The notes under the pieces are model-generated. The model searched no databases, was not told where the DNA came from, and was given only the letters and a program-made list of their open reading frames with translations. The position numbers and the translations under genes were made by a program. 64,000 bases of DNA from a virus: positions 32,001-96,000 of IMG/VR virus record IMGVR_UViG_3300022554_000002. One strand, written 5' to 3'. Within the stretch, counting starts at the first letter, position 1; every line of letters begins with the position of its first letter. This document shows, in pieces, positions 29,296-37,874 of the stretch.

Positions 29296-29627
29296 TACTT
29301 CTTAAAATCACCTGTGATAATCTTGCTCTGTCCCTGTTTCGCAGGAACCGAACCTTCAGGAACCAACAAACGTGGCTTGCTCAATTCCTCAATCTGCTTC
29401 TTACAAGCTTCTTTATGAGCCTCTTCGTATTTGTCCATTGCTTCCTCAACCGTTGCAGCTTCGATTAAGAAATTAATAGGAACCACTCTGCCATTAATGG
29501 CAAAAGGCCCAACACCAATATGGGCAGATTTGGTAACCTTACCCTCAAGGTCCAATAGCTCCTTAAGAACTACTGTCTTTCCGTCTTCCTCATTCACAAA
29601 CTGACGTTCTCGGACCTCTACAATCAT
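29295..29627 (-). CDS. Hypothetical protein
   Basis: ATG 29627 with SD AAGGAG. Confidence 0.7.
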   Translation of the reverse strand: MIVEVRERQFVNEEDGKTVVLKELLDLEGKVTKSAHIGVGPFAINGRVVPINFLIEAATVEEAMDKYEEAHKEACKKQIEELSKPRLLVPEGSVPAKQGQSKIITGDFKK

Positions 29628-29628
29628 T

Positions 29629-29838
29629 TTAATTCTCCTTGAAATCAAATGCACTATACTTACACTCATAATCAACATCATCAATTGTTACAAGCTCAAC
29701 TTCAGCATCACTATCTCGTAACATCCAAAACTCTAAGTTATCCTCACAATACTTTTCAGTTGGTTGTAAAATTGCATAACCTCTGCAATCCATACCAATA
29801 TAATTCAACTTTCTACCCCTAGTTGTAATAACGATCAT
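29629..29838 (-). CDS. Small hypothetical protein
   Basis: 69-aa ORF packed in operon. Confidence 0.55.
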   Translation of the reverse strand: MIVITTRGRKLNYIGMDCRGYAILQPTEKYCEDNLEFWMLRDSDAEVELVTIDDVDYECKYSAFDFKEN

Positions 29839-30831
29839 TTAAGCACCTAAACTTGGTAACTGTAAAACCTGTCCACCATACTTCACTGATGCATCCAAAT
29901 GTTTAAAAAGCTCTTCCTTCGGATATTCGTCAGGATCACCAAAAGGCAATTTGCAAATATAAGTGGGAAAAACAGAAGCAACGATATTAGCTTGCTTCTC
30001 CAGTTCCTCAATCGGCACGTCAGCATCATATAATAATATTACCTTTTCAAATCTACCCTGACTAGCCATCCATGTCACATGCTGCTTTTTAATAGTACTT
30101 CCATACGTAGCAATAGCATTCGGCCCAACATACAGAGCATCGAATACTCCTTCTGTTATTATAAGGGTTGGATAGCGTTTGGCAAGCGAAAAATTGAACG
30201 GAATTTTGGCAGAACCAACTCCATGCTCTTTTTCATCTGGATTTAGGACTTTTTTGTAAGCTTTACCAGTAATATCTCTGGCAATCCAATAAATAGGCTC
30301 CCCATTATCGTTTACGTCACAAATAATGAGTCTATTTCGGTATCTACCATGCCAACAAACCCCAATTCGATGCCTATGTACTAAATCTGGTGTCAAAGTC
30401 AGCAAAGATTTCCGATTTTTGATGTGTGGAACTGCTTTATACCCTAAAAACTCGTAACTCTCTGGTAATTCAATGGGATTTGTACTAAAATCAATCAATT
30501 TTTGGTCATTTTGCTTGAAATCTGCCAATGATTGACTAATATTATAAGGTTTTGCATCAATTTTACCTTGTAACATTAGGACAATATCGTTAAAAGGTAA
30601 TTTTGTTATGTATTTTATGGTGTCAAAGAACGTTTTTGCTTGGTGACAACGAAAACAGCTTACCATTTTTAGTGATAAGCTGACTCCGCAATGCTTTTCT
30701 TTACCACAAAAAGGGCAAACGTCAAGAATGTACTCAGTCTTACCACCAACCCACTCAGGAATGTAGCCCTGACCCTGTAAAAACTCAATCATGTCAAAGC
30801 TATCTATCAAATAATCAATGTTAATAGACAC
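29839..30831 (-). CDS. DNA primase (Zn finger + TOPRIM)
   Basis: CPFC...CFRC, WIARDI, ITEGVFDA and LLYDAD. Confidence 0.88.
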   Translation of the reverse strand: MSINIDYLIDSFDMIEFLQGQGYIPEWVGGKTEYILDVCPFCGKEKHCGVSLSLKMVSCFRCHQAKTFFDTIKYITKLPFNDIVLMLQGKIDAKPYNISQSLADFKQNDQKLIDFSTNPIELPESYEFLGYKAVPHIKNRKSLLTLTPDLVHRHRIGVCWHGRYRNRLIICDVNDNGEPIYWIARDITGKAYKKVLNPDEKEHGVGSAKIPFNFSLAKRYPTLIITEGVFDALYVGPNAIATYGSTIKKQHVTWMASQGRFEKVILLYDADVPIEELEKQANIVASVFPTYICKLPFGDPDEYPKEELFKHLDASVKYGGQVLQLPSLGA

Positions 30832-30850
30832 CTACCACACCCTATTCAAA

Positions 30851-31258
30851 TTAACTAGCTCTAGTTCCAGTATACAGCTTGGGCTTCTCTTTAATATTAA
30901 ACTTTTCCTTCAACTTCTCAATAGCTTCCTGCACTTCCTCAAAATCAATTTCCTGTTCATCAAGAGAATCACCATCGGAACTAACGTCTGCAACAATGTA
31001 CCCCACTAAATCATCACCACCATCAATAACCAAGTATTTAATATTCTTAATACCAAAATCATAATTATACAAAAATTCATGCCAAGTATCCTCTACACCA
31101 TATTTTTCTAAATTCTTAATAACATAATCACTACCATGCTCTTCAATAAACTTTCGTTGCTCATCCTCAGACTCAGGCAATACCTTACTTGCCTTGAATC
31201 CAAAGACCACAAACGAACTACTAGAACTGTTACTCACGAAACCATTACGAATCTTCAT
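30851..31258 (-). CDS. Hypothetical protein, MKIRNGFVSNSSSSSF family (copy 3)
   Basis: Conserved N-terminal motif; acidic body. Confidence 0.85.
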   Translation of the reverse strand: MKIRNGFVSNSSSSSFVVFGFKASKVLPESEDEQRKFIEEHGSDYVIKNLEKYGVEDTWHEFLYNYDFGIKNIKYLVIDGGDDLVGYIVADVSSDGDSLDEQEIDFEEVQEAIEKLKEKFNIKEKPKLYTGTRAS

Positions 31259-31270
31259 AGCTATTCTCCT

Positions 31271-31579
31271 TTATCCATCATACCAAGATTCTTCATATGT
31301 TTTACAGGCAGGAACAGGTTTGTCTTTAAATACTTCCTTTAACTTCTCTTCAACACTCTTCTTAAACATGGCACCTGTTTCATCATCTTTAACAGAAGAC
31401 CATGACCGACCAATATAGGTAGCATAATCCTGTTGATGGATTTCTAAACCTTCAATATAAGCATCGCCATACTTATCCTGTGGTAAAAATGATAAGTCTG
31501 CATCTTCATCCAAATGAATACCAAAAATACAAAAACTACTGGAACTACTGTTACTGACAAAACCATTACGAATCTTCAT
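31271..31579 (-). CDS. Hypothetical protein, MKIRNGFVSNSSSSSF family (copy 2)
   Basis: Conserved N-terminal motif. Confidence 0.85.
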   Translation of the reverse strand: MKIRNGFVSNSSSSSFCIFGIHLDEDADLSFLPQDKYGDAYIEGLEIHQQDYATYIGRSWSSVKDDETGAMFKKSVEEKLKEVFKDKPVPACKTYEESWYDG

Positions 31580-31592
31580 TTCTGTTCTCCTT

Positions 31593-32024
31593 TTAGGTAT
31601 ATGTACTATCTACGTAAACGCTATCACCACCAATTTCTTTTAAACTCTCAACAAAGTTTTTAAAAGCACACTCTAAACTAAATTTAGAAATAACTTCAGC
31701 GTCTCTCCACGCACGACAACCACACTCAGGACAATATTTAATATCTCCTTCTGGTAATTTATGGTCACAACCCCTTACTTTTGGTTGTTTTTCATTATAC
31801 TTCCACGCAACAGTATGAAAAGAGTTTTTATAACTATCTCCTGTGGTAATCATCATAAGAACTAGCTTCTCACCACAAAATGTAAATTCCTGCTCACAAG
31901 CAGAAACAGCTAGACGTTCTTCCTCAGTACAAGTAGCCTTTGCTGCTTCTAATGTTTTCTTTTTTACAATAACTACAAAGGAACTTGAGCTACTGTTACT
32001 GACAAAGCCTTGTCTAGTCTTCAT
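31593..32024 (-). CDS. Hypothetical protein, MKTRQGFVSNSSSSSF family (copy 1) with zinc ribbon
   Basis: N-terminal motif; CDH...YCPECG. Confidence 0.85.
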   Translation of the reverse strand: MKTRQGFVSNSSSSSFVVIVKKKTLEAAKATCTEEERLAVSACEQEFTFCGEKLVLMMITTGDSYKNSFHTVAWKYNEKQPKVRGCDHKLPEGDIKYCPECGCRAWRDAEVISKFSLECAFKNFVESLKEIGGDSVYVDSTYT

Positions 32025-32686
32025 GGGTTATTCTTCTTTTCAGCAGCAGTATATGCTGTAGTCATATCAACACCCTGCCCACCTGTTCGATGTGACTGAG
32101 TATGAGCAGACAAAGCCAAATAAACACAACGAACACCACCACCAGTATGTTTAAAATTACAACTGGATGCTCCTGCAATACCATAGGAAGCACCTTCAGC
32201 AAATGCATCCTGATTAGCACCAAGGAACACAAATTCCCACTTCTTACCCTGCTGTGTCTTAATCATTTCCTGAATCTGTGACTTAGTGAAATCACTACTG
32301 GCATTTTCCTGCCCATCCGTAATAATTGCAACAATAACTTTCTTTGGTTGTTTCTTCTTAGGAGTGCTGTCAATACGACGATTTACAGCGTCAATCGTTC
32401 GGCCAACAGCATCTAATAAAGCAGTGCTGCCAGAAGGAACATAACTGTTATCATCCAAATCCTTAACATCCTTAATGGGAACACCGTCATAAAGTAAGCT
32501 GTACTCAGCATTAAACAATGCCAATGATACCTTAATATCGCCACCTAACTTCTTTTGGTCCGCTAGTAAGGTATTAAAACCACCAATAGTATCTGTGCGA
32601 ACGCAACCCATTGAACCGGACTTATCAAGAACAACAATAAGCTCAGTGGGAACCTTCTTAGTCTTTACTGCCTTTTTCTTTGCCAT
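32021..32686 (-). CDS. Stand-alone von Willebrand factor A (vWA) domain protein
   Basis: MIDAS LDKSGSM, GSTALLDA, IITDGQEN and WEFVFLGAN. Confidence 0.9.
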   Translation of the reverse strand: MAKKKAVKTKKVPTELIVVLDKSGSMGCVRTDTIGGFNTLLADQKKLGGDIKVSLALFNAEYSLLYDGVPIKDVKDLDDNSYVPSGSTALLDAVGRTIDAVNRRIDSTPKKKQPKKVIVAIITDGQENASSDFTKSQIQEMIKTQQGKKWEFVFLGANQDAFAEGASYGIAGASSCNFKHTGGGVRCVYLALSAHTQSHRTGGQGVDMTTAYTAAEKKNNP

Positions 32687-32822
32687 TTTCCTTCTCCTTT
32701 ATAAATTTTTCTAACTTTTCAACCCTTGACTCTAAACCAAAAATTATAAAACAAAGGGGAAAAACAATTCCTATTACAATAGGTAAATGTTCTAAAAGAA
32801 AGTTTAACTGTTGCATAATCAT
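32658..32822 (-). CDS. Small membrane protein (54 aa)
   Basis: Hand translation MIMQQLNFLLEHLPIVIGIVFPLCFIIFGLESRVEKLEK...; fills the intergenic gap. Confidence 0.55.
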   Translation of the reverse strand: MIMQQLNFLLEHLPIVIGIVFPLCFIIFGLESRVEKLEKFIKEKENGKEKGSKD

Positions 32823-33028
32823 GAGTAATTAGCCGGTGGATTTAACAAATTATCCAAAATATTAAACAACTTCTGTTTAGCCAACTCAATATCCTGTTCT
32901 GAAACTGTATTTGGTGTATCATCATCAATATAACCATTTCTTCGATGCCATTGATGTTCAGTTTCTTCCTGAATAACTCTTGCAATAACTTCAACTGCTG
33001 CTTTTTCATATTTTGTCATAATTAACAT
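32819..33028 (-). CDS. Small hypothetical protein
   Basis: ORF track; packed operon. Confidence 0.55.
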   Translation of the reverse strand: MLIMTKYEKAAVEVIARVIQEETEHQWHRRNGYIDDDTPNTVSEQDIELAKQKLFNILDNLLNPPANYS

Positions 33029-33037
33029 TCCTAATCT

Positions 33038-33244
33038 TTAAACCTTTGGAGCTGCCCCTGTAAGTTTTGTATAAATTTCAATTGCTATAAGTTTTACCTC
33101 AAAATCATCATAAGTAACTTGTGGACCTTCACCCATTTGTTGCATTCCACTAATAAGATTTAATGCCTTATCCAATTTTAGATGAAGTTGATAACACTCT
33201 GCCATAGAGTGGTCACCATTACCCATAAAAATCTGGCTACTCAT
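33038..33244 (-). CDS. Small hypothetical protein
   Basis: ORF track; packed operon. Confidence 0.55.
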   Translation of the reverse strand: MSSQIFMGNGDHSMAECYQLHLKLDKALNLISGMQQMGEGPQVTYDDFEVKLIAIEIYTKLTGAAPKV

Positions 33245-33245
33245 A

Positions 33246-33581
33246 TTATTCTTTCCCAGTAATTGTCTTAATTACATCAATACTAACTTTAGTCATATTT
33301 TCTCTAACCCATTCTGGAGTTGTAATTGATGGAATAACACCCCACCGCTTATCATCTTCATAATAAGTATAGACCTTATTATTTTCAATTTTATAATAAA
33401 ACTTATTATAAAAATAATACTTTACTTTTTCCTTCTTCTTCTCAGGCTGAATAACAAGCTTTACAACTTTTAAGGCGTAGTCACCCTCACAATATTCTCT
33501 TGCTTCTTTACGAGAAGAGAAAGTTCGTTCAAATAAATAATCACCTACAGTATCATATGCTCCCCAACAATGCTTTGCCAT
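33246..33581 (-). CDS. Hypothetical protein
   Basis: ATG 33581 with SD AAGGAG downstream of the promoter. Confidence 0.65.
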   Translation of the reverse strand: MAKHCWGAYDTVGDYLFERTFSSRKEAREYCEGDYALKVVKLVIQPEKKKEKVKYYFYNKFYYKIENNKVYTYYEDDKRWGVIPSITTPEWVRENMTKVSIDVIKTITGKE

Positions 33582-33600
33582 TTTAATCTCCTTATGATTC

Positions 33601-33628
33601 ATTATACAGACAAACTTTGAAATGTCAA
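33601..33628 (-). promoter_or_regulatory. Sigma70-type promoter TTGACA-N16-TATAAT
   Basis: Perfect hexamers. Confidence 0.8.
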
Positions 33629-33641
33629 GAAGAAAATATTA

Positions 33642-34001
33642 CTAAACTGGCTCTATACTATCTTTTCCTCTTAATTCTTGCTTAAATTTTTCCCTCTCGC
33701 ACTTAAGCTTTTTTCTCTCCATAAATTTATCAAACATTAGTTGTCTTTTAGCATGAATTTTTTTAAACATAAATTTCGGGCTAACATCAATAAATGCATC
33801 ACAAAAACCTGTGAACATGTGGTATAAAAAACGAAAATAAAGATAAACTCTGCCAAGAAAATTATTATACAAATTAGGATATAATGCTTTTTGTAAATCA
33901 AACTTTAAATTTGATCTTATCCACATATGAAAATAAAACATTATCTTAAGATGAATTACGTATGCTCTTAATGTACTTAATTTAATTTGTTTCTGCACCA
34001 C
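33642..34001 (-). CDS. Basic, aromatic-rich hypothetical protein
   Basis: 119-aa ORF, GTG start. Confidence 0.55.
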   Translation of the reverse strand: MVQKQIKLSTLRAYVIHLKIMFYFHMWIRSNLKFDLQKALYPNLYNNFLGRVYLYFRFLYHMFTGFCDAFIDVSPKFMFKKIHAKRQLMFDKFMERKKLKCEREKFKQELRGKDSIEPV

Positions 34002-34015
34002 TATCTTTCCTTTAT

Positions 34016-34062
34016 GTAATAAATGCTTGATACATTATATTTACACCAAGCATTTATTACAA
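34016..34062 (-). promoter_or_regulatory. 14-bp perfect inverted repeat enclosing a -10 box (TTGTAA-N17-TATAAT)
   Basis: Arms GTAATAAATGCTTG (34016-34029) and CAAGCATTTATTAC (34047-34060). Confidence 0.6.
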
Positions 34063-34096
34063 CACATCATCATTTTAGTATCAGCCGCTTATTAAA

Positions 34097-34408
34097 TTAC
34101 TTATAAATAGCAAGATAAACTGTTTCTTTGGAACAACCCACAATATCGGCAACCTTTTCCGCATCAGAATATATACTATAAAGACTCCTAATTCGTTCAC
34201 GTGAAAACTTCTTTGGCCACGGCCTATTAATATAAACTGTTTCTTTAGTGCATTCTTTTGGTCGTGGCAAACCAGCTTTTGCCATTTGAATCAGAACAGA
34301 CTTCATCTTTCGAGTTTTCCACGCCTTGACTGCTGCATCATGCCTAGCCTGCTTCTTGCGACGAATCGTAACCCATGCCTTCTTTGCTGCTTTTTGCATC
34401 TTTGTCAT
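34097..34408 (-). CDS. Basic protein with AAxKAWxTR repeats, half repeat MAKAGLPRP and C-terminal HTH
   Basis: AAKKAWVTIRR / AAVKAWKTRK; AEKVADIVGCSKETVY is HTH-like. Confidence 0.7.
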   Translation of the reverse strand: MTKMQKAAKKAWVTIRRKKQARHDAAVKAWKTRKMKSVLIQMAKAGLPRPKECTKETVYINRPWPKKFSRERIRSLYSIYSDAEKVADIVGCSKETVYLAIYK

Positions 34409-34433
34409 TTTCTCTCTCCTTTATCCTCATCAA

Positions 34434-34461
34434 ATTATACAAGCAACTCTTGAAATGTCAA
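34434..34461 (-). promoter_or_regulatory. Sigma70-type promoter TTGACA-N16-TATAAT
   Basis: Perfect hexamers. Confidence 0.8.
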
Positions 34462-35177
34462 GCACAAAATTTTGCTACAGTTGTGATAAATTCAGTTCTC
34501 CTATTATCGTTTTTCGATATATAGGACTTACTGAACAATTCACATGGTAGCACATGTCCCGATTGTTTAATTGCTGCTGCTAGATATATCTCTGTTGGCA
34601 ATGATAGGTTAGTATGTAACCCGGAAATTTTTGCCTGTTGTAATAACTGCTTATTAATCTCACATGTATCATGGTGACTACGACCTCTTCCAAAAGTCAG
34701 AATCATGGTAGAGGTAAGATTTAGCATGTTTGCTTCAAGAATCTTAAGAATACCATGTTTGTAATGATTTTCATAGTCAGGTTGTGATAGAAAGTCAAGG
34801 TAGATCAAATCAAATGGTTGCCCATCAGACTGCCAATAGGCTTCATCCAGCGCACGTGAGAGGGGTTCTGGATGCTCTGTAGTCTTCATGCCTTTAAGGA
34901 TTTGACGGTCTGGATGCTGGCATAGTTTGATTTCCTTATGCACATCGTAGGAATCATTGTGCTGCTCTACAGAGTTATCTTCGATTGCAAAGAGGTTAGA
35001 GGCTGGAACACCATTCTCCACTAGATAAAATGCCTCATGCCCAAATAGATTAGGCATCAGTAGTGCTCTGAAATTCTTAGAGAGTGATAAAGATTCTAGA
35101 ATAGGGTGTAGAATCTTATCCTTCTCTTTACAGAAGGTATCACGAGACTTACGAGATTTACTAAATAATGTTTGCAT
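34458..35177 (-). CDS. Putative class I SAM-dependent methyltransferase-like protein
   Basis: Rossmann-like order: ALLMPNLFGHE, LFAIED, FDLIYLDF, MILTF. Confidence 0.5.
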   Translation of the reverse strand: MQTLFSKSRKSRDTFCKEKDKILHPILESLSLSKNFRALLMPNLFGHEAFYLVENGVPASNLFAIEDNSVEQHNDSYDVHKEIKLCQHPDRQILKGMKTTEHPEPLSRALDEAYWQSDGQPFDLIYLDFLSQPDYENHYKHGILKILEANMLNLTSTMILTFGRGRSHHDTCEINKQLLQQAKISGLHTNLSLPTEIYLAAAIKQSGHVLPCELFSKSYISKNDNRRTEFITTVAKFCA

Positions 35178-35185
35178 TATTTAAA

Positions 35186-35734
35186 TTATATTTTTTCTGG
35201 TAAAATATTAGGATAAGGAACACCTACATTACTTGGATGTATATTTCCAAAAGATGCAATACATTTTGGACAACCGCACATTAATTGTGCAATACAATCG
35301 TTACTTTCCAAACTTATAGGTTTTATTTTTGCTTGCCAATTACCTACTATTAAATCTACACCAACACATAAAGGTAAAATTTGTGCAACGTGGGCCACTT
35401 TTGGGTCAGAAGTTTCTGACAAAAAAGTTTGTACTTTTTTTGCTTCTTGAAGACCCCTAGTAATGGGACACTTTCCTTTAGGTATTCGTCTAGATATACA
35501 TAGAAAAAAATGTTTATATAAATCATATCCTAATTCTGAAACAATGGAATTCCTAATTTTTATCAGTTGCTCTGTGATTTCTTTTTGTTTTGTTTTATTT
35601 TCAAAACAATTTTCTAACAGTAATTTATGCTGCTCACAAAAAGTAAGCAGGGGGATAAAGTGCTCAAAAATATCTCCTTTTTCAATACTATGTATAAGTT
35701 TTGAATTTTCTTTAAGCCAAGGAAAGCGATTCAT
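35186..35734 (-). CDS. Hypothetical protein
   Basis: 182-aa ORF, Cys-rich. Confidence 0.65.
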   Translation of the reverse strand: MNRFPWLKENSKLIHSIEKGDIFEHFIPLLTFCEQHKLLLENCFENKTKQKEITEQLIKIRNSIVSELGYDLYKHFFLCISRRIPKGKCPITRGLQEAKKVQTFLSETSDPKVAHVAQILPLCVGVDLIVGNWQAKIKPISLESNDCIAQLMCGCPKCIASFGNIHPSNVGVPYPNILPEKI

Positions 35735-35749
35735 TATTTTTCCTCCTGT

Positions 35750-36715
35750 TTAACTAAAAAACTTGCCATCCCATTTCCAATTAGGTAATTCTTCTAATAG
35801 CTTAATTCTTTCTAGTGTCATTTTACCTCTCCCAAAACCTTTTTTACTTTTTCGTTGTGTACTAATCCATAAACCCAAACTTTTCTCTATTATATCTTTA
35901 GATTCTTTGCTTGGATATTTTTTATTAGTTTTAATAAATTTTTTTAATTCATTATATTTATTAAACCATTTTTCATTTAAATCCAATTCCCACCGCCAAT
36001 TAAATAACTGTTCAAGTAATTTAATTCTTTGTCTTATTAATTTATTCTTTTTCTTCATACTGCGTTGAGTATTAATCCACGTATAAAGTTTGTTTTCTTT
36101 TTTATTTTGTGTAGGAAATCTGCTATTAACTTTAATGAACTGTTTTAATTCATTATATTTAATATTCCAAATTTTATCTAAATCTAATTCCCATTGCCAA
36201 TTAGGTAATGATTCCAACAATTTAATTCTCTCCCTTGTTAAGTTATTACGCATTTGTCCTTTTTTAGCAGCCCGTTGATTTGAAATCCAATACAAAATTT
36301 TTATTTCTTTTTTATCTTTAGAAGCATAAGTAGGATACCTATTATTAATATTAATAAATTCTTTTAATTCATTGTATTTTTCATTCCAAATATCATCTTT
36401 TGTAAAAAACCAATCAGGTCTTATTTGTTTAATAATATTAACAAAGTTTTTGTCTCTAAGCATATATTGATATAGAGCGCAACCTAAAGCAGTAGTCATT
36501 TTTGGTTTTTCTTTTCCATTTTTAGCCAATTCAAGTATTTTTTCTCTTTGGATATTAGCTTTATCAAATTGTGTAATAAACCAATCAGGTCTTATTTGTT
36601 TAATAATATTAACAAAGTTTTTATCATAGCACGGACTATTCATACTAATATAAGCACTAAACCTACTGCCTAATATATCATTTTTATTTGGGCGTTTCGT
36701 TCCTTTTTTAGCCAT
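35750..36715 (-). CDS. Two unnamed ~57-aa repeats plus three helicase-associated (HA, PF03457-like) repeats
   Basis: 3x W..KYNELK.F......P......L..W...QR.....RIKLLE.L.NW.W; N-terminal RPDWF repeats. Confidence 0.85.
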   Translation of the reverse strand: MAKKGTKRPNKNDILGSRFSAYISMNSPCYDKNFVNIIKQIRPDWFITQFDKANIQREKILELAKNGKEKPKMTTALGCALYQYMLRDKNFVNIIKQIRPDWFFTKDDIWNEKYNELKEFININNRYPTYASKDKKEIKILYWISNQRAAKKGQMRNNLTRERIKLLESLPNWQWELDLDKIWNIKYNELKQFIKVNSRFPTQNKKENKLYTWINTQRSMKKKNKLIRQRIKLLEQLFNWRWELDLNEKWFNKYNELKKFIKTNKKYPSKESKDIIEKSLGLWISTQRKSKKGFGRGKMTLERIKLLEELPNWKWDGKFFS

Positions 36716-36727
36716 TTCAATAAGTTT

Positions 36728-37111
36728 TTACTTGTTGATTTCAACGCTGTCTTCAAACCAAGCTGGTTGTTTATTTTTAATTTTTTTTGTAAATTCTAAA
36801 TCAAATTGTGCTTTTTTAGGGTTTGTATAACAGCATAAAGCAGACCCAAGTACACTGGTTACATCTGGTTTTTGAGACTCTTTAGGCATATTTAATAGTT
36901 CATTTTTCTTTTCATTAACTTTATCATATTGTGTTATAAACCAATCTGCCCTAAGTTGTTTAAGATTATTAGTAAAATGTTCATCATACATTGCTGAGTT
37001 CTTATTAGTATAAGAAAAAAGATTATGTAAAAACTTTCCTGTAGTATACTTCTCCCATATCTTATCCTTTATGGCTTGCTCAATCTGCTTTTCATCTTCC
37101 CAAAGTTCCAT
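36728..37111 (-). CDS. Repeat protein (2 copies of the YD..F...P.WF repeat)
   Basis: N-terminus MELWEDEKQIEQAIKDKIWEKYT is nearly identical to the next gene. Confidence 0.8.
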   Translation of the reverse strand: MELWEDEKQIEQAIKDKIWEKYTTGKFLHNLFSYTNKNSAMYDEHFTNNLKQLRADWFITQYDKVNEKKNELLNMPKESQKPDVTSVLGSALCCYTNPKKAQFDLEFTKKIKNKQPAWFEDSVEINK

Positions 37112-37113
37112 AA

Positions 37114-37872
37114 TTACTTACTCCTAAACCATTGTGGTGCCAACTTACGAATCTCAATATCAAATTGCTCGTCATAAGATTTACTAGTCTTACACGTATA
37201 ATTAGCCAAAAAAGAATGTAGTTTTTTCTCAGTTACATAATTAGGTCGAGATTCTTTATTTATTGCACGTCGTAGCAATTCCTGCTGTGCTTGATTACCT
37301 TCAAATGATTTGCCTTTAAGAAACCAATCAGGACGTACTGCCCGAAGTTCAGTTTCAAAAGTGGGAAAAAATCCCTTCCTAGATAGATGAAAATATGAAT
37401 AAATAAGATGCTTCTGCTTTTTATCTGGCTTTGGTTCTCCGTTTTTTGCCATTTGTAAAAACTGCTCTCTATTTTGTGCTCCTGTATCTTTTTGTCTAAT
37501 AAGCCATGAGGGATTAATTTTACGAATAGTATTTACAAAGTTAACATCATATTCTCCCTCTCGTTTGCGAGTATAACGATAAAAAGCTTCAGTGAGTTTA
37601 TTCCTTTTACCATTACTATCTTCAGATTTTGGTTTTGAATTACCATTTTTTGCCAAGGCTATAAGTTTCTTTTTATTTACTCGTGCACTATAACCAGCAA
37701 ACCATTCTGGACTTAACCTTTTTAACACCTTTTTAAAATTAACATCATAACAAAAATGTGAAGAAGATAAATAATGGTCCAAAACTCTACTTAATTGTTT
37801 TTCTGTATATTTTTCCCAAATTTTATCCTTTACAGCTTGTTCAATTTGTTTAGGGTCTTCCCAAAGTTCCAT
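37114..37872 (-). CDS. Repeat protein (4 copies of the LAK.G..KP...YD..F...P.WF repeat)
   Basis: Internal repeats ending SPEWF, NPSWL, RPDWF and APQWF. Confidence 0.8.
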   Translation of the reverse strand: MELWEDPKQIEQAVKDKIWEKYTEKQLSRVLDHYLSSSHFCYDVNFKKVLKRLSPEWFAGYSARVNKKKLIALAKNGNSKPKSEDSNGKRNKLTEAFYRYTRKREGEYDVNFVNTIRKINPSWLIRQKDTGAQNREQFLQMAKNGEPKPDKKQKHLIYSYFHLSRKGFFPTFETELRAVRPDWFLKGKSFEGNQAQQELLRRAINKESRPNYVTEKKLHSFLANYTCKTSKSYDEQFDIEIRKLAPQWFRSK

Positions 37873-37874
37873 AA

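Noticed and set aside
36407-36622. 45-nt repeat as a DGR template/variable repeat pair
   Set aside because: Copies are identical (no adenine-specific mismatches), both are in frame in one gene, and no reverse transcriptase is present in the window.
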